Shown here piece after piece: positions 39,518 to 49,421 of a DNA stretch of 64,000 nt. Source of the stretch: Nannocystales bacterium. Its GTDB lineage: Bacteria > Myxococcota_A > Polyangia > Nannocystales > Nannocystaceae. The notes under the pieces were generated by a model. The model searched no databases, was not told where the DNA came from, and saw only the letters and a list, made by a program, of their open reading frames with translations. How positions within the stretch are numbered: the first letter of the stretch is position 1; each line of letters starts with the position of its first letter. The position numbers and the translations under genes were made by a program. The stretch is taken from NCBI GenBank assembly GCA_050633305.1, contig JBOEGF010000005.1, positions 192,001 through 256,000 of the forward strand. The letters are read 5' to 3'.

Positions 39518-39813
39518 TTGCAAGAATCTGGCTATTGGGCTTGGCATCTGGTCGTGAGCACGCTTCTCGTGCTGGGCGGAGCTTCTGGGGCGCTTGTCCT
39601 CCGTCATACCGAGACGAGGTTCTCGCTGCTCGGTGTCGCACTCGTTGCGTGGTTCTACTGTGGTGTTCACCTCGCGTTGCACTTCTTCTAGCGGTGGACC
39701 TTCAGGAGTTCTGGTGGATCCCGCAGCTGGCTGGGGTCCCCTGCGCCGCGTCGTCGCTGGGTCTGTGGCCGAGGATCGGCGGACGTCGTCCGTTGCGCTG
39801 CCGAGAGGCCTGA
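39518..39813 (+). pseudogene. Possible frameshifted membrane-protein remnant
   Basis: Hydrophobic 57-codon frame (39518-39691) continued by a hydrophobic segment in another frame. Confidence 0.25.
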
Positions 39814-39965
39814 CTGCGCTCAAGGTCGGACGTCACGGTTGCGCAACTGCGCAACGGCATGACGGAAACAATCAGACCGTGTGTCGTGGTGGGGCTCTTC
39901 CAAGCAGCATCGGCGGTCTGCGTACTCGGTCCTCGGCAATCACCGACGTGCCCAGTTATGCGTGC

Positions 39966-42965
39966 CTAGCGGCGCGCTCGAGCCCGATCTCGGGGGGTCC
40001 GGAGTTCCTCGAGCCATGACGCGGCTTCGCTTGGGCTGAACGTCGAGTTGGCGGGGGCGGCCTCAAGTCTCTGGAGCGCGCGCTCGAGCTGGGCGAGGCG
40101 CTCGGATGTTGTAGGATGGCCGGTTTGTCGATGTTCGATTCGGGCGCGGATGAGCGCGAGGGCGGCCTGTTCCATTTCGGCGTCGGGCACACCGTCGAGT
40201 GCTGCTTCGGCTTCCAACAGGACCTGCTCTGGGTCTTCCGCGTCAGGGTCGGTCGCTGCGAGTGATGCGGCTCCTATCCACAGGGCGGCGCGCGTGCGCT
40301 GGGGGGCGTCGATGTCTGCGAGGATTGTCAGGGCGCGCTCGATGTCCCGCTTCGCGTGGTCATACTTTCTCTGGCGGCGCCGTGCATTGGCCCGGCGGTT
40401 GAGGTCATGAGGTATCGCGAAGACCTCTCCGGCTTGGTCGCGAATCGCAAGAGCCTGGGTTGCTGCGGCTTCGGCATCAGCCCAGCGCTCGAGCTGAGCG
40501 TAGACGATTGCTCTGCCTGCGTGGAGGTATGCGAACTCAGCAGAACCAGAACTGAGCGTCGTGGTTTGAATTGCCTCAACTCGCGCGTACAGGGACAGGG
40601 CGTCCTTGAGTCGCCCCTGCTCGATGCGTAGTGTCGCGAGGTTGGTTAGTACGCGCGCCCGTTGAGTGGGGTCGACTCCGTCGAGCATCGCAACAGCGCG
40701 TTCGAGCGATTGCTGCGCGGATGTGAGGTCTCCTGAACGTTGGAGTTGGCTGGCCTCGTTCATGAGGGCGGAGACGACCCACCTGTTCTGTGGGCCATAG
40801 GATTGTTCGAATACATGACGGGCCTCGCGGGCTGCTCTTGCCGCAGCTTCAAAGTTCCCAGCTTCCGAGTAGGCATGACTGAGGTTTAGAAGCATTCCAC
40901 CCGTTTGAGGGTGGAGGGGCCCTCCGCGTTGCCGGGCCTCTTGATGCTGGGCCTCTGCCATCTGTACAGCTTTTCCTGTGTATCCAAGTCGGAGGTAGAC
41001 GGGGGTCAGGGTCTTCAGGACCGTTCGCCGCGTTGTCTCCGGTGCAAGACCTGCCTCCACGTCATCCAAGGCCCGTTCGCACCAGATACGTGCATCCCGA
41101 TACTCGCCGAGTGACTTGTGGACCAAGCATCGTAGCTTGGCGGCAGTGTTGCGTGAGGAGCCTCGGAGGAGTTCCGCCTCGGAGCGATCGACCCATTGCC
41201 ATGCCGCATCGTTTTTCTGGTCGCGAGCTGTGTTGATCGCGGCGAGGGAGGCGGCTCGTGCCGCGCGAAGGGATGAACGATGGGCGACCGCGAGTTCGTA
41301 CGCTGCCTCGCACTCGGCGACCGGCGGTTGGGTGAGGTGAAACTTCGTCATTGCGAGCGCGATTAGCCCGTCCACACGTAGGTCCCAGGGGAGTGCCTCC
41401 TGAGCCAGGAGCGTGTTGAGATGATCTTGAGCAGTCTCGTAGTCCCAGGTGGCCTTGGCGACCTCAGCCGCTGTAAGGAGTCCGAGCCCTCGTTCGCGGA
41501 TGGGCGACGGCGCAATCTCTGTGTCCACGCAGCGCGCCGAATCAGGAAGCGACCGGAATCGGGAATTCAGGCGTTCGACGTCCTTTGCACTGAGGTCGCT
41601 CGATGCCTCCAACAGCCCGTCAAGGATTCTCAGGTCCCCGGTGAGACACGCTGAGACCACCCCGGCAGCTTCGCAGAAGTGCTCTGTGGCCTTCATCCAA
41701 TCCGCTCGGTATGACGCGAGCTGGATCCCGAGCGCGGACCGAGTGTGTTCGCCGTACTCGACGTCCGCTCCCTCGATCGCAGCCGTGATCCGAGCCTGCG
41801 CCTCGGAGTCCCATACGGCGTCGAACTCCCGCTGTGCCGCTTCGGTACAGGTTTCAGCCCGCTCGGCTTGGTTGCTCTGTGTCCTTTGCAGGGGAGTCGC
41901 GGCGGCGACTGCAATCCCCACCACACCGGCCGCCGTCGCAGCAGCAGCAATCCGTCGCTGCCTCCGTCCATCGAGCGCTGATACGAGCGACGCGATGCTT
42001 CGAAACCGACGCTTTGGCGCATCTGAGAGCGCCCGTTTCAACGCTCGTGTCACCCTCGCGGGAACAAACTCGGAACGTTCCTCGCGAAAATCTCGCTCGA
42101 CGATCGCGTCATAGATCGCCGCTGTCGTTTTGGCCGCGAACGGTGGCGTTCCGTGCAGCAGTTCCCAGGCCGTCACCGCGAAGGAGAACTGGTCGCTACG
42201 CGCGGTCGCTTCTTGGCCGCGATGCTGCTCTGGCGCCATATACCGAGGCGTCCCCATGACAGCGCCGGTCCGCGTCACGGATTCGTGGTCGTGGTGTTCA
42301 GCCAGGGCGGGCCCCAACCGGTCGGGCATGCTGCGGAGCGCCAGCCCGAAGTCCACGACACGAACGCGCCCATCGTTCCCGATCAGTACGTTCGCAGGTT
42401 TGAAGTCGCGGTGAGTCATCGACACTGCATGTGCGGACGCCAGGCCATCCGCGGCCTGCTTCAGCAACCCCAACGCCTCGTTGTGTTGCGCCGCAGACTC
42501 AGGAGGGTTCGCCAGCATCCACTGCTTGAGTGTCTGCCCTTCGACCAGCTCCATCGCGAGCCAGACGCGTCCGGCGTCAATCCCCGCGCCGTAAACCTCG
42601 ACGATGTTCGGGTGGTTGAGCTGAGCGAGGGCGCGAGCTTCGCGAAGCAGGCGTTTGGCCTCGACGCTCTCGGGGTCCGCGTCGCCGTGGAGCAGCTTGA
42701 TCGCGACGCGTCGGTCGAGACGCGGGTCGATGGCCTCGAACACGCTGCCCATGCCTCCCGACCCAATGCGCCGAACGATTCTGTAGCGATCGATCGACTT
42801 CGGCAGACCGTCCGAGGTGCCGACGGGGAGGGGGGAGCCCTTCGACGCGGGCTTCCCGGTTCTCGTCTCGGTTGTGTCGTCGGTGTTGATGCCTGGAGGA
42901 TGCCATCGTCCAACGTCCAGCCGCAGCCATCGCACACGAATTCGAGGCCCAGGCGTGCGGGCCAC
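39966..42965 (-). CDS. Ser/Thr protein kinase with TPR repeats
   Basis: GSGGMG, VAIK, HRDFKPAN, DFG, GTPRYMAPE; TM segment; TPRs; start uncertain. Confidence 0.9.
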   Translation of the reverse strand: MARTPGPRIRVRWLRLDVGRWHPPGINTDDTTETRTGKPASKGSPLPVGTSDGLPKSIDRYRIVRRIGSGGMGSVFEAIDPRLDRRVAIKLLHGDADPESVEAKRLLREARALAQLNHPNIVEVYGAGIDAGRVWLAMELVEGQTLKQWMLANPPESAAQHNEALGLLKQAADGLASAHAVSMTHRDFKPANVLIGNDGRVRVVDFGLALRSMPDRLGPALAEHHDHESVTRTGAVMGTPRYMAPEQHRGQEATARSDQFSFAVTAWELLHGTPPFAAKTTAAIYDAIVERDFREERSEFVPARVTRALKRALSDAPKRRFRSIASLVSALDGRRQRRIAAAATAAGVVGIAVAAATPLQRTQSNQAERAETCTEAAQREFDAVWDSEAQARITAAIEGADVEYGEHTRSALGIQLASYRADWMKATEHFCEAAGVVSACLTGDLRILDGLLEASSDLSAKDVERLNSRFRSLPDSARCVDTEIAPSPIRERGLGLLTAAEVAKATWDYETAQDHLNTLLAQEALPWDLRVDGLIALAMTKFHLTQPPVAECEAAYELAVAHRSSLRAARAASLAAINTARDQKNDAAWQWVDRSEAELLRGSSRNTAAKLRCLVHKSLGEYRDARIWCERALDDVEAGLAPETTRRTVLKTLTPVYLRLGYTGKAVQMAEAQHQEARQRGGPLHPQTGGMLLNLSHAYSEAGNFEAAARAAREARHVFEQSYGPQNRWVVSALMNEASQLQRSGDLTSAQQSLERAVAMLDGVDPTQRARVLTNLATLRIEQGRLKDALSLYARVEAIQTTTLSSGSAEFAYLHAGRAIVYAQLERWADAEAAATQALAIRDQAGEVFAIPHDLNRRANARRRQRKYDHAKRDIERALTILADIDAPQRTRAALWIGAASLAATDPDAEDPEQVLLEAEAALDGVPDAEMEQAALALIRARIEHRQTGHPTTSERLAQLERALQRLEAAPANSTFSPSEAASWLEELRTPRDRARARR

Positions 42966-43149
42966 GCGGTGAGCGTCGAGTTGAGCGGCTGGTTGAGCCC
43001 GAGCCGCGGGCGACGAATCTCTCGACGGACTTCCTGGCTTGTTGGGGTCTGCTCTCCTCGCGTCGTGGATGCGCCGATGCTTTTCGTGGTGTGGTTGGAG
43101 ACGGGAGGGGAGAGTCGATTCCGTCGACGTACTCTACTGCAGGACACCC

Positions 43150-43728
43150 CTAGTCGCCGTTTGCCTTGGCCGCGGCGACTTCCCAGGTCGCGAAGGCAAC
43201 ACTCGTGAGTGCACGATGAACGTGCTCAGCGTCGACCAACCGGAAGGTCAAGATCCCAAGCTTGACCTGGTCGCCGAGTTCTAGCGCGAGCCGCTGGTTC
43301 GGGCGGACTCGCTGGCCGTTGACCCAAGTGCCATTGGCCGAGCGGTGATCCCCGACGCAAAGCTTGTCGCCCGGGCCGCGCTGCACGAACGCGTGCATCT
43401 TGGAGATGAAGGACCTGCGGACCACGAGGTCGCACCCATTGGCCCGGCCGATACTCAGCCGACCGCCCGTATCCGTATTCGTAGGCCAGGTCAGCGGCAG
43501 CGCAAACCACTCTTGGACCGCCTGCTCGTCGGACCCGCCGGCAGGCACCGCGACCGTGTCGAAGTCCATGTCGTCCTCGCCGAACTCGTCGACGTCGGTG
43601 TCGGGACGCGCCAGCAGAAACAAGACGGGGAATCCCTCGGCGAACTGCAGTTGTGTGCGCGACCGGGCTTCGCGCGCGAGGGCTGTGATCTCGGTGCACG
43701 AAACGAGGGTGTCGGAGTTCGACTCCAC
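43150..43728 (-). CDS. FHA domain protein
   Basis: IGRANGCDL, ISKMHA, SANGTWVNG, GDQVKLG. Confidence 0.9.
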   Translation of the reverse strand: MESNSDTLVSCTEITALAREARSRTQLQFAEGFPVLFLLARPDTDVDEFGEDDMDFDTVAVPAGGSDEQAVQEWFALPLTWPTNTDTGGRLSIGRANGCDLVVRRSFISKMHAFVQRGPGDKLCVGDHRSANGTWVNGQRVRPNQRLALELGDQVKLGILTFRLVDAEHVHRALTSVAFATWEVAAAKANGD

Positions 43729-44221
43729 TCACTGTGTTTTGCAAGCTTGGAGCCTCACCGCAAGGGGGGAGCTGCAAAGCCTCGACCAGCCTGCGAGAGT
43801 CCGGCCAGGACAACCATCCGTGAGTGCGCCCGGTTCCCCACGTGTACGAGCCAGTGCGACAGACGTCCCGCATCAGGACGTCGAGCCTTGGAACCGTGCG
43901 CGCTGACCAATGGGTCAGCTTTCGCGATCGGTGATGAGTGCCACACGACCCCTCATCGTCCCGTTTCGTCTCCGCGAGGGAAGACGGTCTGGTGCAGATG
44001 TTTCGATGCTCGGCGAGAATCATCAAGCGCGGTTCCGTCCTTCCCACCGCGACGCAACGAGGCCAGATGCGCTTGACGAGCAGGGCTGGTGTTCTGCCGA
44101 ACGTCGCTGGCCCTGACGGGCACGGCAAGGGGATCGCGTGTGGGCGACGACGGGGTACGGGGCCTCCCGATATCGCACTCAACCTAGGCTACGTTAATGT
44201 CGAACGGTGATCTGATCCTCG

Positions 44222-47071
44222 ATGGCGCGCGACAGCGAGACACGTGAGGCCGGGGCACCCCTCCGCGACACTCCGACAGACCCCGACACGATGGCGTTGC
44301 CCTCGCAAGAGGCCCACCAACCCGATGCTGAGCCGGGCTCGAGCGTGGGTCGCTACGTTGTGCTCGAGGAGGTCGGCCGCGGAGGGATGGGGCGAGTGCT
44401 CCGTGTCTACGACCCGACGCTGCAACGCGAGGTTGCGCTCAAGGAGGTGTTGAGTGACAAGCTCGGAAGTGACGGCACTGCGCAATTGCTCGCCGAGGCG
44501 CGAGCGATGGCGAAGCTGTCGCATCCCAACGTCGTCGCGGTCTACGATGTGGGCGAGGTGCACGGGAACCGCGTCGTGCTGGCGATGGAGTTCGTGCCCG
44601 GCGCGACACTCAAGCGCTGGCTTCGCGCCGAGTCGCGTCCGTGGCAAGACGTGGTGGAAGCGTTCATCGCGGCTGGACGTGGTCTGGCGGCCGCGCATGG
44701 TCGCGGTCTTCTACATCGAGACTTCAAGCCCGCCAACGTGTTGGTCGCCACGGACGGCGCGGTGAAGGTCACCGACTTCGGACTGGCGATTAGCAGTGTC
44801 GGTACCGCGAATCCCACCAGGCATGGCTCGGAGGACCTGGAACAGCTGGAGCAACCGGAGCACGAGGACGAGTCGCAGACCCGCGGGCTCATCCTCGTGG
44901 GGACGCCTCGTTACATGGCGCCCGAGCAACACGCGCTCGAGGACCTTACTGCGGCGGCGGACCAGTACGCGTTCTGCGTCGCGTTGTGGGAGGCGCTCAA
45001 CGGAAGGCAGCCGTTCCGGGGCAGGACGCTCGAGCGCGACAAGCGTGCGGGTCCGCCCCCATGGACCAACACTGGCGTCCCATCCGCGATTGTGGCTGCG
45101 GTTCATCGCGGTCTCTCGGCTGCACCTGCCGACCGCTTCGAAAGCATGGATGCGCTCCTGCGTGCGCTCTCGTGGGACCAGGACAAGCGGCGGCGAGGGT
45201 GGCTGCGCGCGGGTGGGGTCTTGGCGAGTCTTGGGGCCATCGCGCTCGGGGGCGGCACCTGGTTGTCGGCGCGAGCCGAGCGTTGCAGTGGAGCCCGGTC
45301 CCAACTCGACGAGGCCTGGGGCGAAGGGAGGCGGGCAGAGGTACTGGGGGCCATGAACGCGGTCGGTGCGTCCTACGTGCCCCCGATCGTCGCGCGTACC
45401 GAAAAGGAACTCGATGACTACGCTGGCCGTTGGGCGGCGATGCATACCGAGGTCTGCGAGGGCACGACGGTCCGCGGCGAGCAATCGTCGGCTGTCATGG
45501 ACCTGAGGATGGCCTGTCTGCATCGCGCAAAAACGACGCTCGAGGCGAGCACCGCCGTGCTCGCGACCGCCGATGCGAGCGTCGTGCAGAAGGCTCACCG
45601 GGTTACGGGAGGGCTCCTCGCGCTGGACCGCTGCGAAGACGTTACAGCGCTCGCCGCCGATGTCGAGCCCCCGAATGCTGGGGACGCGCCCGCGGTCGAG
45701 GCTGCGCGGCGTGAACTCGACGCGGCTCGAGCCCAGCGCGCCGCGGGCCAGTTCGACCGAGCCGAGCGTAGCGTGGCGGCGGCCGCTCGGGGGCTCGAGG
45801 GGATCGAATACGGACCCATTGTCACCGAGCTGACCCTCGAACAGGGGCTCCTCCTCGTAGGACGTGGGCAATACGATGCCGCCGAGGCCAAGCTGCGGGA
45901 GGTCGTTGCGATGGCGTCACGCTGGCAGCAGTGGGACGAACTGCGGGCGTCGACCGTCCAGCTGGTGTTCACCGTCGGCTACAGCCAACAAAAGATGGAG
46001 GCCGGCCTGCGCTACTACGACATCGCGGCGGGGCTCGGCATGGACGACCCTCGTCATGCTGCCGACGCGCAGGCCAACCTCGCGGTCATCCTGCACTCGC
46101 AGGGAAAGTTCGAGGAAGCCGAGGCCGAGCAACACGAGGTACTCACGCGGCGCATCGCGGCGTTGGGTCCGGAGCACCCCCAGGTCACGTCGAGCCGCAA
46201 CAACCTCGCCGTCATCTTCGACGCGCAGGGCAAGTACGAAGATGCCGAAGCGCAATACCAGCAGGTCATTGAGCTGCGTCGGAAGACCTTGGGTCCGGAG
46301 CACCCCGCGTTGGCGACCACCTACAACAATCTCGGCGCGGTTTGGCAGGTGCAGGGGCGCCTCGAGAAGGCCGAGGAGGCCTTTAGGACCTCGCTGGCGC
46401 TGCGGGAAAAGGGGTTCGGTCCCGACCACCCCTCGATCGGCGAGAGCCTGGGGAATCTCGGCAACATCTTGCTGCATCGCGCTCGACACGAAGAGGCGGA
46501 ACGGCTGCACCGACGAGCGTTGCAGATTCGCATCGACAGCCTAGGCCCCGAGCATCCTCTCGTCGCCCAAAGCCTCGGCAATCTATCGCAGGTCCTGATC
46601 CCGCAGGACAAGTTAGACGAGGCTCAGACACAACAACAGCGCGTGCTCGAGATCTTGCGGGCGAGCTACGGTGAGACGCACGTCGAGATCGCGCTGGCGC
46701 TGAGTACTTTGGGCCAGGTGCACGTGGCCAAGGGGGCTTTCGAGGACGCGTTGGTGCAGCTGCGAGCCTCCTTTGCCATGCGCAGGGGGCTGGTCGGGGA
46801 CGCTCATCCTGACCTCGCCGACACACACAACCAGATCGGTAAGGCGCTGACCGGCCTAGGAAAGAGTGCCGAGGCCGAGGCCGAACACCGAAAGGCGCTG
46901 CAGATCCTTGAGACCGCGATGGGCGAACAACACCCCGCGACACTCAAGACCCGGGGCATGTTGGCGGAGGCACGCGAGGCTCAGGGGAAACACGAGCAGG
47001 CGGAGCCACCGCGCCACGAGCCGCTCAACGACACGGCGCCCCGAGTTGTGGCTCGGGAAACGGGACACTGA
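44222..47071 (+). CDS. Ser/Thr protein kinase with TPR repeats
   Basis: GRGGMG, VALK, HRDFKPAN, DFG, GTPRYMAPE; regular LGPEHP...NNL TPR array. Confidence 0.95.
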   Translation: MARDSETREAGAPLRDTPTDPDTMALPSQEAHQPDAEPGSSVGRYVVLEEVGRGGMGRVLRVYDPTLQREVALKEVLSDKLGSDGTAQLLAEARAMAKLSHPNVVAVYDVGEVHGNRVVLAMEFVPGATLKRWLRAESRPWQDVVEAFIAAGRGLAAAHGRGLLHRDFKPANVLVATDGAVKVTDFGLAISSVGTANPTRHGSEDLEQLEQPEHEDESQTRGLILVGTPRYMAPEQHALEDLTAAADQYAFCVALWEALNGRQPFRGRTLERDKRAGPPPWTNTGVPSAIVAAVHRGLSAAPADRFESMDALLRALSWDQDKRRRGWLRAGGVLASLGAIALGGGTWLSARAERCSGARSQLDEAWGEGRRAEVLGAMNAVGASYVPPIVARTEKELDDYAGRWAAMHTEVCEGTTVRGEQSSAVMDLRMACLHRAKTTLEASTAVLATADASVVQKAHRVTGGLLALDRCEDVTALAADVEPPNAGDAPAVEAARRELDAARAQRAAGQFDRAERSVAAAARGLEGIEYGPIVTELTLEQGLLLVGRGQYDAAEAKLREVVAMASRWQQWDELRASTVQLVFTVGYSQQKMEAGLRYYDIAAGLGMDDPRHAADAQANLAVILHSQGKFEEAEAEQHEVLTRRIAALGPEHPQVTSSRNNLAVIFDAQGKYEDAEAQYQQVIELRRKTLGPEHPALATTYNNLGAVWQVQGRLEKAEEAFRTSLALREKGFGPDHPSIGESLGNLGNILLHRARHEEAERLHRRALQIRIDSLGPEHPLVAQSLGNLSQVLIPQDKLDEAQTQQQRVLEILRASYGETHVEIALALSTLGQVHVAKGAFEDALVQLRASFAMRRGLVGDAHPDLADTHNQIGKALTGLGKSAEAEAEHRKALQILETAMGEQHPATLKTRGMLAEAREAQGKHEQAEPPRHEPLNDTAPRVVARETGH

Positions 47072-47139
47072 ACGAGGTCGGAGTGATACCTGAAAGGGTC
47101 TTTGGCGACTGAACCTCGCGCCGCGGAATTGCCCGATCG

Positions 47140-48660
47140 CTACTCGCCGTCGGCGGGCCCTTCGGGCTCGGCTGCTTCGCCCTTTGGCTCGGGATTGTCG
47201 ATCCGAGGCACGATCACCTCTGGTCGGTCCGGCGAATCCGCCAGGTCCCAGACGAGGTCAAAGGTCACTCTCGCCGTATTCGCCAGCGCGGTGAGAGGCA
47301 CCGACGGATCGATCGCATCCGGCCGCGTACCCCCGCGCCGAGTCAGCGTGACTCTGGGAACTCGCGGTAGGTCGAACGCGAGGTGGCCATAGCCCGGCTC
47401 GTGATCGAGCAGCTCGGCGGCGGGCACGAGTTCTTGGACCCGGTCGCCGACCGTGGAGCGATGGCCACCGATGACGGTGAGGCCCGGGGCGGTCCAGTCG
47501 AGTTCGCCGAGGTGAATCACGGCGACGATGTTCTCGGGCTCGGCGACGGTCTCGCGGGCGAGCTGTTCGAGGCCGAGGTTGCCCAGACTCCCCCCGGCCG
47601 CGGCGATGAAGACGACGGAGCGAGCGGGGACGCGGCCAGAGGCTCGGAGCAGACTGAGACGCTCGACGACGGCAAGGAGGACGGAGAGGCCTGAGCCGGC
47701 CTGTGCGGCACCACCGTCGGGGTTCGCTTCCCCGAGGCCACCGGCGTCCCAGTTGGCGGTGACGAGGACGACCTGCTCGGGCTTTCCTCTGCCCGCAACA
47801 CGGCCGACGACGTTGGAGTCCTCGAACCACCGCTCTTCGGCGGTGAACGAGACGTCGACGGTGCTTCCGGCGGTGAGCGTGGCGCGGTGAAGGGCTGCGA
47901 AGGCTTCGGCACTCACGAAGCCTTCGACGGGGAGCCCGGGTGGAGGCTCGCTTCCGAGGGCGCGGGCCTGCACCTCGACGTCTCCCCAGGAAGAGGCGGC
48001 CTGACCGAGTTCGGAGACGCCGTCGGGCGGGAGCTCGAGCAAGCAGCCGCCGGGGCGGCGGTGGGCGATGGCGTCGAAGGTGCCGCGAATCCGGGTCGCG
48101 GGGTCGGCGATTTCGTCTCCGAGCAGAGGGAGTGCACCGACAGCGAGGCGACCGGCGAGGTCGGTCTGCGGGGCGAGGGAGACGGCTTCCATCGGAAGGT
48201 GGAACTGTCCGGCGGCGCCGCGGTGTCGCAGCGAGAGGCCTTCGACAAACACGACGACCTCGGGCTTTTCCTCGCCCTCGGCGACCGGAAGGGTGATCGC
48301 GACGCGAGGCTCTTCGACGTGGATGGTGCGAATGCCGAGCTGGGTGGTCCAGCCAAAGGTCGGCGCGGAGGGGATCAAGCCGGCATCGTCGAACAGCGAG
48401 ATGACAGCGCTACTGGTCAGGGCGCCGCCCTCGGTCCCCGGACGTCGACCGCCGAGGGCCGGGTCGGTGAGGAACGCGAGGCTCCTGCGGATCGAGGCCG
48501 CCCACACGGTGGTGGGGTCGGTCTCATCGCTTTGCGAGGGAATCTCGGGGAGCGTGTCGAGGTGGTACCGAGGCGATGGCCCAGCGATGCTCTCCGGCAG
48601 CACGAGCTCGATGTTGCAGGCGAGGAGACAGGCCATCCCGAGAAGCGTGAGTCGTTTCAT
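47140..48660 (-). CDS. M28 peptidase-like lipoprotein with degenerate metal ligands
   Basis: Lipobox LLAC; L.GRRPGT.G, NVVGRVAG...EQVVLVTANWD, RSVVFIA follow the M28 layout. Confidence 0.75.
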   Translation of the reverse strand: MKRLTLLGMACLLACNIELVLPESIAGPSPRYHLDTLPEIPSQSDETDPTTVWAASIRRSLAFLTDPALGGRRPGTEGGALTSSAVISLFDDAGLIPSAPTFGWTTQLGIRTIHVEEPRVAITLPVAEGEEKPEVVVFVEGLSLRHRGAAGQFHLPMEAVSLAPQTDLAGRLAVGALPLLGDEIADPATRIRGTFDAIAHRRPGGCLLELPPDGVSELGQAASSWGDVEVQARALGSEPPPGLPVEGFVSAEAFAALHRATLTAGSTVDVSFTAEERWFEDSNVVGRVAGRGKPEQVVLVTANWDAGGLGEANPDGGAAQAGSGLSVLLAVVERLSLLRASGRVPARSVVFIAAAGGSLGNLGLEQLARETVAEPENIVAVIHLGELDWTAPGLTVIGGHRSTVGDRVQELVPAAELLDHEPGYGHLAFDLPRVPRVTLTRRGGTRPDAIDPSVPLTALANTARVTFDLVWDLADSPDRPEVIVPRIDNPEPKGEAAEPEGPADGE

Positions 48661-49421
48661 GCGTTCTCCTTGCCTGGGCGACCCAGGAGCTGACGTTCGA
48701 GGGCACGGCGGGCACCGTCGACGTCGCGGGTCGACCAGGTCTGAACGGCGAGCACCCAGCCCCGGTCGGACTCGGTGAGGGTGGGCCGAGACCCACCTCG
48801 ACGGAAGGGACTGACGTGCGCGAGCCGAAGCAGCATCTCGCGGGCTTCGGGGCTGGCCGCCGCCTCCGCGGGAAGGACGATCTCGACTGGGGCGGCCTGC
48901 TGCTCACGTCCGACCTGGATGGTGTGCGCCAGGACCTCCCGGTTTGGCACGGAGAGCGTTCCGCCGTCTCCGGCTCGAATCGCGGTCCGCAGCAAACCGA
49001 TGTGACGAACGGACCCGACCGCGCTCGGTAGGCGCACCTGATCGCCTTCCCGGAAGCGCGAGCGGTTGGCCAGTGCAGCGCCCGCGGCGAAGTCTCGCAC
49101 CCAGTCGGGCAGGGCGATGGCCACGACGAGGAACAGCACAGCGAGGCTCAGCCACGTGATGATCGGCGCTGGGAGCACCAGCTTGCGTACGACCAGTAGG
49201 CCGAACACTGCGATGAGGGTGATGTCGGAGATCGAACGCAGTCGGGCCAGCCGGCGCGTCCGATCCCAGCCGAGGCGCCAGATGACACGGGTCCCAGAAA
49301 GCAGGGCTCGGCGAGCCACCCAGACCAGTACGAGCAGGAGCGCTACGGACAGAACGAATCGTGCATTGAGCACGCCGTGAATGGCAGCGATCTCGACGAG
49401 GATCCGGCCGGTGAAGGTCAT
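48657..49421 (-). CDS. Small-conductance mechanosensitive channel (MscS family)
   Basis: Three TMs, then DFAAG...FREGDQV...GSVRHIGLLRT.I...DG....VPN. Confidence 0.85.
   Translation of the reverse strand: MTFTGRILVEIAAIHGVLNARFVLSVALLLVLVWVARRALLSGTRVIWRLGWDRTRRLARLRSISDITLIAVFGLLVVRKLVLPAPIITWLSLAVLFLVVAIALPDWVRDFAAGAALANRSRFREGDQVRLPSAVGSVRHIGLLRTAIRAGDGGTLSVPNREVLAHTIQVGREQQAAPVEIVLPAEAAASPEAREMLLRLAHVSPFRRGGSRPTLTESDRGWVLAVQTWSTRDVDGARRALERQLLGRPGKENA

Noticed and set aside
43738..43830. c-di-GMP-I riboswitch resemblance (GNRA hairpin followed by GCAAAGCCTC)
   Set aside because: The 5' GGCAAA-type element and the second-stem CUAA motif are missing
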